From: Podarcis cretensis
Lineage: Eukaryota
Direction: 5' to 3'
NCBI GenBank assembly: GCA_951804945.1
Contig: OX638150.1
Location: forward strand, 50,716,001 to 50,780,000
Length of the DNA stretch: 64,000 bases
Under the pieces are notes generated by a model. The model ran no database searches, was not told the DNA's origin, and saw only the letters and a list, made by a program, of their open reading frames with translations. The position numbers and the translations under genes were made by a program. Positions 63,683 to 64,000 of the stretch are shown in pieces (position 1 is the first letter of the stretch; every line of letters starts with the position of its first letter).

Positions 63683-64000
63683 GGTGGAACATGAGGAATA
63701 GGATGGCTTAGTATTTAAGGAGCTCACGTAGGTTCAATAGTCCACATCCCTACCTCAAAAGTAACATTTCCTGGATTAGGACTGTGAATTGGTTCTATTG
63801 TCAGAAATCATGGGAATGTTCAGAGGCTGTGCTGAATGCAAATAGCATAGGGTGGCTGTATCCATCACAGCTCAGTTTTTGGGATCAGCTGGTGGGGCAA
63901 GTGTACAAGACTAGGTGGAGCTTTGACCAGATCCAACAATATTTTTTCATGTTTTTATCAAAATCTCATCTTTCACATCCACCTAATTTCAATACATCCG

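Noticed and set aside
48600-64000. 3' exons of the expected syntenic neighbour ARHGEF37
   Set aside because: No SH3, BAR or RhoGEF-like peptide seen in any frame.

Overview
Vertebrate genomic DNA from a squamate reptile, probably a lacertid lizard. This is inferred from the Sauria SINE copies with (ACCTTT)n tails and the MIR-derived SINEs. The only protein-coding sequence I can support is the first coding exon of PPARGC1B (PGC-1beta) on the minus strand (47914->47831, MAEPGPDCSALLDEELSSFVFNYLTDSQ, phase-0 GT donor), which lies inside a CpG island at about 46230-48620. Positions 1-47830 appear to be the long intron 1, since I found no exon 2. Positions above about 48200 are promoter and upstream intergenic DNA. 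The rest is transposon-derived: young Sauria SINEs with target-site duplications (TSDs), hAT and Tc1/mariner MITEs with intact termini, a solo LTR, CR1 and L2 fragments, tRNA-derived SINEs, fold-back elements, microsatellites and one 142-N gap. Nearly all ORFs in the supplied track are chance ORFs. I see no microbial-type novel system. The best leads are regulatory: an out-of-frame upstream ATG overlapping the PPARGC1B start, a hAT MITE carrying CTCF- and NRF1-like motifs in intron 1, intronic nuclear-receptor/E-box/FOX motif clusters, a candidate divergent exon, and a minimal 39-bp SINE insertion. All of these are hypotheses from motifs read by eye.
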